In this document: positions 52,201 through 64,000 of the stretch, in pieces
Layout of the letters: every line of letters starts with the position of its first letter
How positions within the stretch are numbered: position 1 is the stretch's first letter
Origin: Mizuhopecten yessoensis
Lineage: Eukaryota
Direction of reading: 5' to 3'
Assembly (NCBI RefSeq): GCF_002113885.1
Contig: NW_018405094.1
Coordinates: 259,475 to 323,474, forward strand
Length of the DNA stretch: 64,000 nucleotides
Position numbers and translations under genes: made by a program
The notes under the pieces: generated by a model
What the model saw: only the letters and a program-made list of their open reading frames with translations
Told to the model about the DNA's origin: nothing
The model's database searches: none

Positions 52201-55200
52201 CTTAGCTGTTAATAGGACGTTACACAAAATTAAACCAAATCAAATAAAACAAATTAATGAATACGTTTTTGTCGTCAAAAATATGGACTTTTCTCTTTTG
52301 CGTCCGATTTTTAAAAAGAAATATTCCATTGGACATCTGTAGACAACATTTCTGTATACAAATAGATATATGATCTATATGCGTACTTCACTTAAACTTC
52401 CGATTTTCCTCTTTTCCACCATGCCACCGTTATCTGTGAATCTGAAAAATGTTTATTAACTGATGACTACGCAAAAATTGTTTTAAAAGTCGAAATTGGC
52501 TTAACACTTTCTAAATGTAGTGTAAAACTTTTATTAAATGGGACTGGTTTGTTGTCCCGATCGCATTTTCGAGAATGTAGATGTTTACTTACTCTCTATC
52601 AAAAGAACAACTATTTAACATGGTTTAGTCTAATACTAATATTGCGTTCGGGCAACGAATTATACAGTTATGTATGTTTTATTTGAACCATTACCACAAA
52701 CAATATAATATATATTAATACATATTATATATTTACTTACATACTACATGAAAAATCCAGCCTTCATCTCTATGTGCATTTATTGCAATCGTTTTGCTTG
52801 AATACTATTCATATAACATGCACATTTTGCGCAAATGTTTTACAGGTTCATTATTATGTTTTTTGACATTATTCACAATCTCTTCATATAACTTACTGTT
52901 TCATCAGCCAGGACAGATATTTCCTCATATTAGTGATTATTGTTGTTATCTCATATCCGAATCTGCAACAATAAATTATAACAGTAAACAACTACAACAT
53001 CATACCTATCATAATAGTCAGGTCATCTTAAGGTGAACCAAAGGCACACGCAGGGGATTGAACTTTTACTATAACACAGTTCTAAGAAAGTATGTTAGGA
53101 AGCCGCGCTCTCTGCATATGACCTGAAGTAATTATAAGACACCACGGCAATTTCAACAATCAAGTAAAGAAACAACAATTACATATAGATCAGATCACGC
53201 CAAAGCAACAATCACCAGAAAAACTTATGAAAAGAGCGACAGAAAGTATTAAATGAAAATAGGACATACGTGAAAATAATAGTTCAATGCTTTTATACGA
53301 TCCAGAATGAGGTTACTTATCGGAAACAGGTTTGAAAGGGCTATAATATATCACAGCAGCTTCCTTCAAACATACGAACTCGGCCCGGTAGTGGGATTTA
53401 CATTTGGTTTTTGAGCCAGTGATTTGGATTTTTACAGACTTTTCTTGAGGATGATACTTAACTTGTGTACGCCACTCCAAATAAATAATAACTGTAAATT
53501 ACACTAACTGTATTATGAATCAATTCTTGTACATAGCTGTAGATAGGTATGTTACTGAATAAATATCCCATGCTTTATTTACATAAAGCTGCTGTTGACT
53601 CCTAGTCGGATGAGTTCGTCTGGCAGCATTTCCCGGTATGAGAACACAATACTGGCATACAACGGCGTCTGTAAAAACACACAACACAAATACAGTATTG
53701 TAATTGTAGCTTCCTTTTGCATTATAACTTCGCCAATATTTTGAAAGAAATTTTGAATGCAATGACGATTTACCAGAAACATTAACCAGGAGTGTCACTG
53801 AATATCAACCAAATTCTTCAAATGAACAGTAAAGTATACCTTTGTCTTAGTTTTCTTGAACAGGTACCCATGCGATACTATGTGTCCAGTGGTATTTGCT
53901 AGGTCGGAGGTTGCCATTTTGGAGTAGGCACTCCAAGACGTCTCACACCATCGCCTGTAAATTGTTAAAGACTATATTTATAAAAGTGTTCGTGCCTTAT
54001 TTTGACCCTGCTATTTTTTGTTGTTCTGTTGATTAATCGATACTCATAAAACCAACGATTTTGTATATTGCAATCAATTCATTTCATCCTTTTATAATGC
54101 TAGAAATATCAAACATCCCTGGATGGGAGAGAAAAAACAAAACAAAACATCATAATTTATGAAAAGTAAGCACATACATGGGCATTGGATAGTGACTTCA
54201 ATCGTATCTAAAGAGCAATCATGTGCATATTTGCCTGTTTTTACTTGGTAATGGTATGATGATAGGTTAGGGATATTGAATGCTGGTTTGTTTTAGGGAC
54301 TAAATTGCCTGGGTAGGGCCAGACCTCGGGTCAATTATGATAGCATGATTGTGTTCATCTTTTCACCTTAACAATTGTATACATATGGTGATGGAATGGA
54401 GATCTCAACAGTGTCCATGTTATGATTTCGGGTTTAAGTACCCAGGAAGGGTGGAGTCCAAAGTCCAATTCTGATAACAGAACTGTATTCACCTCTTTAT
54501 GCCCTGCAATTTTATATATGATTATATGGGTAGATTTATCAACTCTATGATCTGACAAAACGTTTATACTCCGTGTTCAATTGGAGACGTTGAAGCACAT
54601 AGACTCTTTCATATCTATAGCCAGGCATCAGCTAGAGCGTAACCGAATCGATTTGTCGATTCAGCGTCTATTTCATTATTACTTCCTCATACATATATTA
54701 CCCCTTTGTGTACATACGTATGTCTAGATGAAGATGATAAAGTACATATCATACTTGAAATCGATGAGTCAAAAATAAACTTTAATTAATAGAGCTACAT
54801 TTGTATATTGCCCTCTATACGATCGATACATACATGTACCAATCAGATTTTAGAAAAATTACAGACACTCCATACACTACGAGTTCAAAGTTAATGTATA
54901 CTGCGCAGCTCGATCATGTTTAATAATAGTTGTGACGTCTTATGCAGAATGTGTGGTTGGTAGATATTCCTTCTCTTATAACATAAAAATGACAATCAAT
55001 TCTATGAGATGGGAACGTATAAAGAAGACATATTTAACATATTTAACATTATTAACTCGAACTATATCTTTATGTACTTTTTGGTCATGATGTTAATATG
55101 TAAAACAGGAGGTCACCGTTAACGCCTTTGCCAGATTAATAGAATCTCTCGTCCCGAGGGGGACGTGTCTTAAGTCAAACACAAGGCTTTGCCGGGCGTT

Positions 55201-56063
55201 TGGCATTTAAGAATCTTTCCCGGAGGATTGAGATTCCCAGTCTCACCTCAAGGGTGTGAATGGTTCTTTTTTTCTCACCCTATTCTCCCATTGTGTATCA
55301 GACATAATGTGATGTTAACGGTACAGGCTAAATTCATGCGTAACGTGACGTCCTCCCTCCCCCACCCAACCTTGGGTAAGACTAATAAAATATATTACCT
55401 GTCGAGGCTTAAGATTCGGTAACGTAATCCAAACTGAGATTTGGAGGATACAAAATCTTAGCCCGAGACTGACTGAGATTAACTGATTTTGCTCAGTTAC
55501 AGCTAATGTATTTTTTTCGCGCACCTATTAGTCACGCGAAATGTCACGTAAAGGTACCAGACAGATCGTTCGAAAAACAAAAAAAAAACCATGTGGTATG
55601 GCGTTTGATATCTTTGTCTGAGGTGCAATAATAATTGAAAATCCCCCTACCTTGAGGTTGTGACAGAGAATATCTCACGCCGGTAAAAGTGTGAATACAC
55701 ATGTCCGGGGTAAGAGAAAGCATTATCTATTATGCATAGAACTATTTCACATAGAATACGTGTATCAATTGTCTATAATGATAATAAATTGATTATAATG
55801 CCCTTTATAACTTATATTTTTCAATTACGAATTATTATACGTGCACATATATAATGTGATTATGATTACTTCAGTGTGTCAGAAGGTATCCCGGGGATAT
55901 TTGTTGTTGTAGGTAAGAAGATTCCTCCAGCTCCAATGCTTGTCGTTTCGTCATAGAACCTGTCAGCAACGACCTTGACCTTTACTCCTGGCAGAACCCT
56001 CTGTAAATTGACCGCTGTAGAGAGACCAACAACTCCGGCACCAATCACAATGATGTTTACCAT
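49291..56063 (-). CDS. D-amino-acid / D-aspartate oxidase family flavoprotein, paralogue C, 10 exons, 337 aa, PTS1 -SKL
   Basis: Exons 56063-55870, 53954-53840, 53668-53583, 52962-52897, 52441-52387, 51752-51651, 51086-51025, 50513-50396, 49673-49575, 49407-49291; exon lengths identical to paralogue B. Motifs [35 protein letters not shown]. Confidence 0.93.
51985..52255 (+). mobile_element. SINE, resembling molluscan Meta-domain SINEs, in intron 5 of DAO paralogue C
   Basis: Core ...CAGCATTAAGGGG...CTGGTTCGCCCG...TTTCAGTGAGATAGCACTATAAAG and tail ...AGCTGTTAATAGGACGTTA followed by AAAY-type repeats. Absent at the equivalent place in paralogue B. Family assigned from memory, not by a search. 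Confidence 0.55.
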
Positions 56064-56944
56064 TATGTACGAATAATGTTGTCCTTCCCAGTCAGAATGC
56101 CACACTTTCCTTCGTATGATATCAAGTGAAAGTTATATAAAGGTCCGTATCAGCCCGTGTAAATACTGAATCTGATCAACATGTAGCTCTCTTTCGTGTT
56201 ATCAGTGGGTTAAACTATAAAAGTGTATAGTGAGAGTTTGCAACGGTTTACTCCGACAATTGGCTTCAAATAGTTAACCATTTATTTCTAATGGTCGAGC
56301 TCGGTACCTTTCCAATGCGACCTAACACTTCACTAGAGCGGCTATTCAAGAACTGTAAATATTTAGCATTACTTTGGAAGTTTTGAAACGTTCGAAAAAG
56401 ACTTTCTATGTCACAAAACTTTTTCCGATTGATATACTTTCTATATACAAAAGAGAGCCTTACTGGTCGAAAACAGAAATGAATTGGGACACATGTTTAT
56501 AATTATAATTTGTGTAGTATTACTTTTCACTTTTATCTATAACAAATCTTTGTTAAAATTTAGGGGTATTAAATTTATATGTATTTTAAAAAAGATGTAT
56601 CATGCATGTATCTGTTCTGAATTCAACCGAATCAGTTCGGGTTCAGCCTTACAAAAATATACAGATTTAATCATGTATGCCGCAATTAGAAATACCGAAC
56701 GAATGTTAAAACCTATAAAAATAATACTCTTTCGGATTTAAGCGAAAATAAAATGCAGAACACAACAACAATGAATCAAATAACCACTCGAAAACCATGA
56801 AGCGTGTGTTTGGCGTTTTCATATGTTGATTATGACGTTCTCTCTCCATCCCAACTCTCATCCCAAATTCACAAAAGATGTCACAAAAATCATCAAGGAA
56901 GCAAATGAACAACAGAAGGAATCAAACATCTACAGGTGAGGTGA

Positions 56945-57390
56945 ATAATTGATTATTGAGTGAACGTACATGATAATAATTGGGTGAACGAACGAACATG
57001 ATAATAATTGAGTGAACGAACATGATAATAATTGAGGGAACAGACATGATAATAATTGAGTGAACGAACATGATAATAATTGAGTGAACGAATATGATAA
57101 TAATTGAGTGAACATGATACTAATTGAGTGAACGAACATGATAATAATTGAGTGAACGAACATGATAATAAATGAGTGAACGAACATGATAATAATTGAG
57201 TGAACAAACATTATAATTATTGAGTGAACGAACATGATAATAATTAAGTGAACGAACATGATAATAATTGAGTGAACGAACATGATAATAATTGAGTGAA
57301 CGAACATTATAATTATTGAGTGAACGAACTTGATAATTATTGAGTGAACGAACTTGATAATAATTGAGTGAACGAACATGATAATAAGTG
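56945..57390. repeat. 24-bp minisatellite (GATAATAATTGAGTGAACGAACAT)n, about 18 copies
   Basis: Read directly; generates ORFs 56930-57379 and 56953-57207. Confidence 0.95.
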
Positions 57391-57929
57391 AATGGTGTCG
57401 ATCGAGGTCCTCACCGTTACGTTACCATTGTACCATTTGAACTTAAGTACAGTGGTTTGCAATAAGTAATTTCGCAAAATGGCCGCCGTGAAATTAAGTG
57501 CGCCATAATATGTCAACATTAAAATGTAATAAACATAAACATAAAAATAAAGTTTTACTTACCTTAAAAATTTAGTACTTGTTTATATGTCCCCTAGCTC
57601 TTTACACATGACGTATACTGCCCGGCAAGCTTTAATAATGATAATAATACTATATAACATTAGCTATAGCGCCTTATCTAGCTACATGTAACATAAGCCA
57701 CTCAAAGCGCTTCACAGTACATAGCTATACAATCAAACATGAGATGTCAAGTTTTAGAACGTCAGCCTTATTACTTCCTGGTCTGTATCGAGATTGCTTG
57801 AGCTAGAATAAACCACTCTAAAGCGATTAACAGTACATAATTATACAATTGATACAATCAATACAATTAGCATTTATATTAATCAATACAATTTTGAGGA
57901 AGTACCAACTAGTCCTATGCCACCTGGCT

Positions 57930-58640
57930 AATATCTCCCTATGCCTGCATACCTGCGTGTGTGCTGAAGATGTATTGTGAACTGAATTGGAAGGCTGAAC
58001 CAGACGTCATTTACTACCCGTTTAAAGTCCTCTGCGTTCCGGACTTCGTTTACTCGTCTCTTGAGTCGTATTTTCAGCACTCGCCACACGTTTTCAATTA
58101 GATTGAGATCCGGACTTTGTGCTGGCGACGGAAGATTTAAGAATACTCTTTCCTATTTTTTTTAAAATCCAGAGTCAATTTGGAAAATATCTAGCTATAA
58201 CTGGCCACAAAAGATTATCCAAACGTTTGACTGCTTTACTCCGAACGAACACTTTCTGTTTTTCACCATTAATCATTTTGGTTTCGTCACTAAAATAACA
58301 ATTTTGACCGGTTGTTTTGCCGGACATTCCACACAATGTTCTGTTGACAGAAACCAACTCTCCTCATACGGTTCCCGGTAATCGGATAATAAATGTATCC
58401 TACATGTATCCTACCCGAATGTTGAATCGTGCAGTCAGGTCCCGCAAAATCAGCCGCCGAGTTGTTCCCGATTTGTTGACAATTTTGGTCGCCCACATCG
58501 TCTCCAATTTAATGAACTTCCTCGCCTTGCAATTGTGTAATAAGATTTTCCGTACTTGTACACATTTTCAATGTTTTTTCTACCTCTTGTATCAACTCGG
58601 GTCTTTTTCCTACCTACCCATGGTTTTGTAGACAACGAAC
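57930..58640 (-). mobile_element. Degenerate, internally deleted Tc1/mariner transposase
   Basis: The minus strand gives, in order, ...YTIARR...GRPK (N-terminal HTH/linker), YFSDETK (first catalytic Asp motif) and SPAQSPDLNLIENVWRVLK (Tc1 SPDLNPIE motif, ~58128-58072), with frameshifts between them. Confidence 0.8.
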
Positions 58641-59609
58641 ATGTACGAAGGGAAAGAACTCTAATACACTAATGTCACGAGCCTACAGAAATACTTACCC
58701 ATGTGAATAATGCCCGGAAAACACATGAATAAACGGTACCTACATCGCCCAACAAGATCATAAAACTCAGAGGCGCATATTTATTTTCTAAAATGACGTC
58801 AGCCAACGTTTGGGCAACAACCTAAGCTATAATAGATATCCTTGGGTGTGTGAAGGTACGACGTGAACAAGGATATATCATATGTTATATATATGAGTCT
58901 ATCCACACTAATGAGTACCAGAAGTGTGACATGAGGGAGGAAACTAGAACACTACCATTTAACTTTTTTGTGTGTGAAATAAATACATGTAACATTCTAG
59001 TTTCCATCAGTAAATCTTTCGAGATAACTTTTACAAAGTGGTATCAATGAAACGCCTTCAAAGTGATGCTATGCATATTGTTATGGATGTGATGTGGACA
59101 AGTTCATGAGCTTATTTTATGCTACAGAAAATAAAAAAGGTGTTATAAAGGGATGTTTTTAAGCAGAATTTGGTTGATTAACTGTTAATTAATATGAAAA
59201 TTTACAGCATTTGCGGTATTTACAGTTACCTTCGCATTATTGACATCATAGCAAATTGTCTTTTCAAACGTCTACTTCCCAGTATCTTATCAACATTACA
59301 TTGTATTCAAATTAAATAAGTGTACGTATGTTGCTATGCTCTGTAAGCCAGTTTCCAGTATTGGGCCTGAAAGTATGAATTCCACATTAAATGTTTCAGT
59401 TTTTATAATTATAGTTTCTTTTGCATATTTGTAATCCTTTATTACCCTAGAATACAGAAATGACACTGCAAAGATAGTTCAGCTTACGATTTTGCAGATA
59501 TATATTCCGAAACCTCAGGTGAAGATTTTGATGTTACAACTGTTTATGTGTTTTATTTAACGAATTCCACAGGTCTTACTTAGTCCACGAGTCTGTTTCG
59601 TATGCTTGT

Positions 59610-61369
59610 GACAATAACAGTAAATTGTTTGCTTGCTTCCTAGCTGCCGCCAAAGCATTTGACTGCTTATGGCATAATGGCCTATTTTTTAAACTCGCCA
59701 GCATCGGCTTTAAATCAGAGTATATTCATATTATTGCTTCTTTATATGAAAATAGGTTTAGTGCTGTTTTGCACGAAGGCTTCGTTTCTGATTTTTTCAA
59801 AGTCTGCCAAGGTACGCGTCAAGGAAGCATTATCTCCCCTTGGTTCTATACACTTTTTATTAATGATTTGTTAAATGATTCGTGCGCTGCAAAGTATTCA
59901 TTTCTCATTCAAGACGTTAATGTAACTTATCCAACACAAGCTGACGATATTACGTTGTTATCGCTTTGTAAACGTGGTCTGGACAATCTCAAGGATATCT
60001 GCTACACTTACAGCTGTCAATGGAGATTCAAATACAACGCGTCTAAGTCTGTTGTGATTGTCTTTAATTAAGGTAAAAATGCTTTCTCAAAGACGATGCG
60101 GAGCTGGTCTCTCGGCAATAAAGTTGTCTCAGAGGCTGTTGGGACAAAACACGTCGGCATCTTCTTAAACAAATTCAAACCTGGCTGTCCAGATATCAAT
60201 GTGATTGTTAACAAGCTACGTAGTCAATGTTTTGCCCCACTCCATTGTAACCTTTTCGGTACTGAGATCAATCCAATGACAGGTGCAAAGTTATAGAAGC
60301 CTATTTGGTTTTCTCTAACAGAAACTGATTTGTCTCGTATTGAAACTGTACATCACTTATGTGCAAAGCTCATTCAAAGTTTTCCCCGTCGCACACGATC
60401 AGATTTCGCTCTCAGTATGTTAGGCCTTACCTCAGTACACCTCGAGGCTGAGTTAGCCAAACTTTTTTTGCTGCTTTATGTAGACTAGATGCACGATTTA
60501 CTGTAAAGAGATTTTTTATGTTTCGTCTTTTTCACACATATTTTAGATTTTTTCAAGGTGGAAAAGGTTTTGTTTCAGATGGTGGGAAAATCTTTCATAA
60601 ATATGAATTACATGATGTATTGTTGGCCTTCTTACAAAATGGATTGTTTCCTCCTAAACAATCATGGAAACGTCTAACGAAGGGTGTTCTAATTCGTAAT
60701 TACACTTATGAGTGGAGACTTTCCTAGATTTTAGGTATTTGCAATATGATATCTGTCCTTCGACTATTTGGTCTTTATCTAAACGTTTTCCTTACTTTTG
60801 TAGAACATGCGCTAATGTTGCAAAGCTCTGGATTATTTCTCAAGATTGTGAATTAGCATGTGCACACTGCCATGTGCTTGTAGCCGATGCAGTTGCACAT
60901 TGTATCTTGGACTGCTCTGGCGAAGAAGTGTTAGCTTTACGCGATAACATCTTCTCCAAAATTGTCAACGACTATCCTGTTCATGCTTACGTTGCTCTGG
61001 ACCAGGCGAGTCGGGACATTCAAATAGCAACGTTTATTGGCTCTCCTCCTAATCTTTTTCAAGATCTTTTTGGAGAAGACGACGATCTTTTCTTCTCTTT
61101 TGTACGAGACTGTTGCAATTTTGCAAAAAGCCTCTGCTCTTACCTTCCAATAATACATGTGTTCCTGTAAATAACTTTTTTGTATTATACTGGTTAAAGG
61201 CTATGCAATCGTTAAATGTAAGTTTGCATCATTCAATCAGCTTATTTTTCAGTCATTATACATTATTTTGTAACTGTATTACTTTTCTTATATCTATTGT
61301 GTATTTAAAATATGTATTTCATATAACTCTTCATGTTTTGAGGAATAAAGATATGAATGAATGAATGAA
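59610..61369 (+). mobile_element. 5'-truncated non-LTR retrotransposon (RT, C-terminal CCHC, (TGAA)n tail; RTEX-like, clade tentative), degenerate
   Basis: KAFDCLWH, QGTRQGSIISP..YTLFINDL, QADDITL, W...YNASKS (RT motifs) and CAHC...VAHCILDC zinc knuckle. In-frame stops and frameshifts. AATAAA followed by GAATGAATGAATGAA at ~61345-61369. Confidence 0.88.
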
Positions 61370-61700
61370 CAGTTTTCAAATTATTCAGATGCACATTTAA
61401 GGTCACAATGAACTTCACTATATTTCAACCCAAATTGCATTTTTTTATTGTTAAAAAAACATTTTCTCTTTTGTAGCGTCATAGGACAATGAAAGTGTAA
61501 CTGCAACGTTAAAGATCAACATCAACTTTGACACTGGCTGTACCAAATATATTTACAGCCTAACATTATTGAAATTAAGAAATTAAGTTTATGAGACTTC
61601 TAAAGCAGAATAAAGAGTGTCAATGTCATTTACTTTTGTAATAACCTCATAAACACCATAAAGTTTTATGTATAAAGTTTATAAAATCTAAGCATTGTAG

Positions 61701-61832
61701 TGCTTTTAGTTGGCATTCAGAGCCAATATGAATGCCAGCTGGAAATGACAAATTCCATGAAGAGCGCGCTTTATGTTGAATTTGCCATTTCCAGTTGGCA
61801 TTCACATTGGCTATGAATCACAACTGGAAGCA
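61701..61832. repeat. About 130-bp imperfect palindrome (~55-bp arms)
   Basis: TGCTTTTAGTTGGCATTCAGAGCCAATATGAATGCCAGCTGGAAATGACAAATTC ... GAATTTGCCATTTCCAGTTGGCATTCACATTGGCTATGAATCACAACTGGAAGCA. Confidence 0.85.
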
Positions 61833-64000
61833 GTTAAATACTTATTTTTACCATCTTAGAGTATTTTAATCTCAAAGAAAAATTTTATTTGTCGTTTGAA
61901 GTTCGTTTTTTGGTTCAAATATAGTGTATGTACTGTGCATGATTCTTCAATGAATAAAACAGCTTCCAGGGAGGGCAAGTGGTATCCTAACGTTACCATC
62001 ATGGCGTCATAATGATGATGACCTCAACAAACAGGCGATGGCATTCATAGCTTATAAAGTTCTACCAGTTGTAGTAATTGGAGTACAACTTCATATCCCT
62101 TTAACTATTTACAGCTTTGTCATAAAGTAATAAACAAAATGAAACTTATATAAAGCCTTCCCCAAATAATTGTACTTTCAAATGGTGTTACGGACGTAAT
62201 TATTGACTTAAACTATTCATTGGGGAAGTCAAGAAAAATATCCCAAACAAGTATTTAACTTTTACCAGTGTCAAAATTTAATCAACATAATTTGAACATG
62301 AGGCATCTATGCAATTTTATTTAGATCACGTTAAGCAAGAGATCGAGCAAAGAAATTGAGAATTTCAACTTCATTCAGGAAATCAACAGATGTCAATCAT
62401 CACGACCATTACAGCGTTTTATTCTGTAGCAACGTAACTTCTTGCAGTATTGTGTGTATAATCGCTAAGTTAGTTTTACTGATTATTCCTGCAATTCCCT
62501 TTATTTTTCAATTCATTTGATATATGCATTAACAACATCCACCATCAAGCACCATGGATGTCACTTTGGACAATGACAAGATAAAATCTGCATCAAACGT
62601 CACATCCATTACAGTAGACCTACGAATAATCTCTAACGATAGTACACATGTCGAACCTCACGTTTAAAAATCTGTAGGTCTCTATAATTTATGATTATCA
62701 GCTGTGAAACGTTTCTTCGTATATGCATTGCGTAAATAATAAGCAATATCCACGATCAATATGCATGGATGTCACTATGGACAATGTATGACCAGAACGA
62801 ATGTGTTTCCAACATCACATCCATGATAATGACCGTTATGTGAACAGCACTTTGGCGGGATATCGGTGCGCTATGTTTTGTTTTCTGAAAGATGTTTCCG
62901 ATCCAGTTGCTTTTCCAATCATTACTTACATGTATGAATGTAACATTGTTTGGATGTCATTCAAATGTATATGTAATGGATGTGATCAGCGTTATGTACG
63001 TGATAAACTCCCCATCTTATTGACGGACAATCACTTACCTCAACTCACCATCCATGTTGACGACGTACACTGACTGCATATGTGTACTTTCGTTTTCTGG
63101 GTCGATCTAAAATTGAAACGTGTATCGGAAACGGAACGAAACCGGACTATTTCCTCACACACGACACTATTTCGTTATGGGCGTGATGAGCGTTATGTTG
63201 ACGGAATCGGTTATTATTTCACTTGACTGGTAGAGTCGGTTAGTTTTCACTAATGAATCAAATTTTTAACACTGACTAATCTGAAATTATATAAAATAAA
63301 AATAAAAATAATACACATCCTGCAAATGTTAAATTCAACAGCATAATATTCAGACGCCACATAAAAGTACATTTTTTTGGCGGAATGGCACACATCCAAT
63401 GATCATATATCACAAATTGTGACGAATTTAAAAACAAATTAAAGTCATAGTATACAAATGACATGTATTTTCCTCAAATTGGGTCAACTGAGCAAATTAA
63501 AATTGGCCCACAAGTAAATGTTTTCTTTATTTGTTTGACGCTATCACTTCCATGTCACTAAAGCTGTTAATAATAATTAACATTTTCTTCACTGTAACCA
63601 ACATAAAATAAAAATACAGCAGTGATCAGGTCATTTTTTTTTTTTAATTTCTTCATTATATCTACAATAAAATAAAAATCCTTTCAACAGTTGATACAGG
63701 TTGATTTTCAAGGAAAAAGGTTTTTTTTCAATGTACCCCTTCTGGTACTCATTAGTGTGGATAGACTCATATATATTTACCAACCATCCTGGTTATTTTT
63801 TTTACTCACCTGAACTAACATGCGAATAATATACGTATATTCTTCGAGTCTGCCAAAATTCCCTCAACTTGCCATAGCATGAACCGTCTCCGTGCTGTGA
63901 CAAGACCTTTTGATGATGAGCCTTACCCTCTCAACAATGTATTAGTATCGACGTCGTAGATAGTGGATTCGCAACCTTTCCTTTCTCAAACAAACAGTCC

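Noticed and set aside
55126-55730. Possible non-autonomous DNA transposon in intron 1 of DAO-C (also 33890-34560)
   Set aside because: Looks like dispersed repeat sequence, but no convincing TIR/TSD pair was found.
56930-57379. 149-aa (FVHSIIIM)n ORF
   Set aside because: Translation of the 24-bp minisatellite; it stays open only because the unit length is a multiple of three.
63805-64000. Strong minus-strand donor (CAG|GTGAGT at ~63810) suggesting an exon at the window edge
   Set aside because: All minus frames contain stops and no partner acceptor could be assigned; it may be a UTR exon but is unsupported.

Overview
AT-rich animal genomic DNA with spliceosomal introns; the repeat families suggest a bivalve mollusc (inference). 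Most short ORFs in the supplied track are spurious, so gene models were built by hand from GT-AG splice sites and reading-frame continuity. Contents: (1) two tandem, intronless 159-aa secreted paralogues (3711-4190, 6858-7337) whose mature chains begin with His and carry a second His and a terminal F(F/Y)QCADI motif, i.e. a compact copper histidine-brace (LPMO/X325-like) architecture. This is the best candidate for an undescribed system. (2) Several minisatellites, including a 5.4-kb 40-bp array that switches strand five times. (3) A 3-exon HSF5/HSFY-like gene (minus strand, 466 aa); its first intron holds a complete 398-bp TRIM with tRNA-derived LTRs, PBS, PPT and a 4-bp TSD, plus a LINE fragment. 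(4) A head-to-tail cluster of four D-amino-acid/D-aspartate oxidase family genes (minus strand): three intact 10-exon peroxisomal paralogues with differing active-site residues, and one pseudogene in which the last intron is precisely gone and the start of exon 10 has become a 64-bp minisatellite. (5) Tc1, LINE, SINE and MITE remnants.
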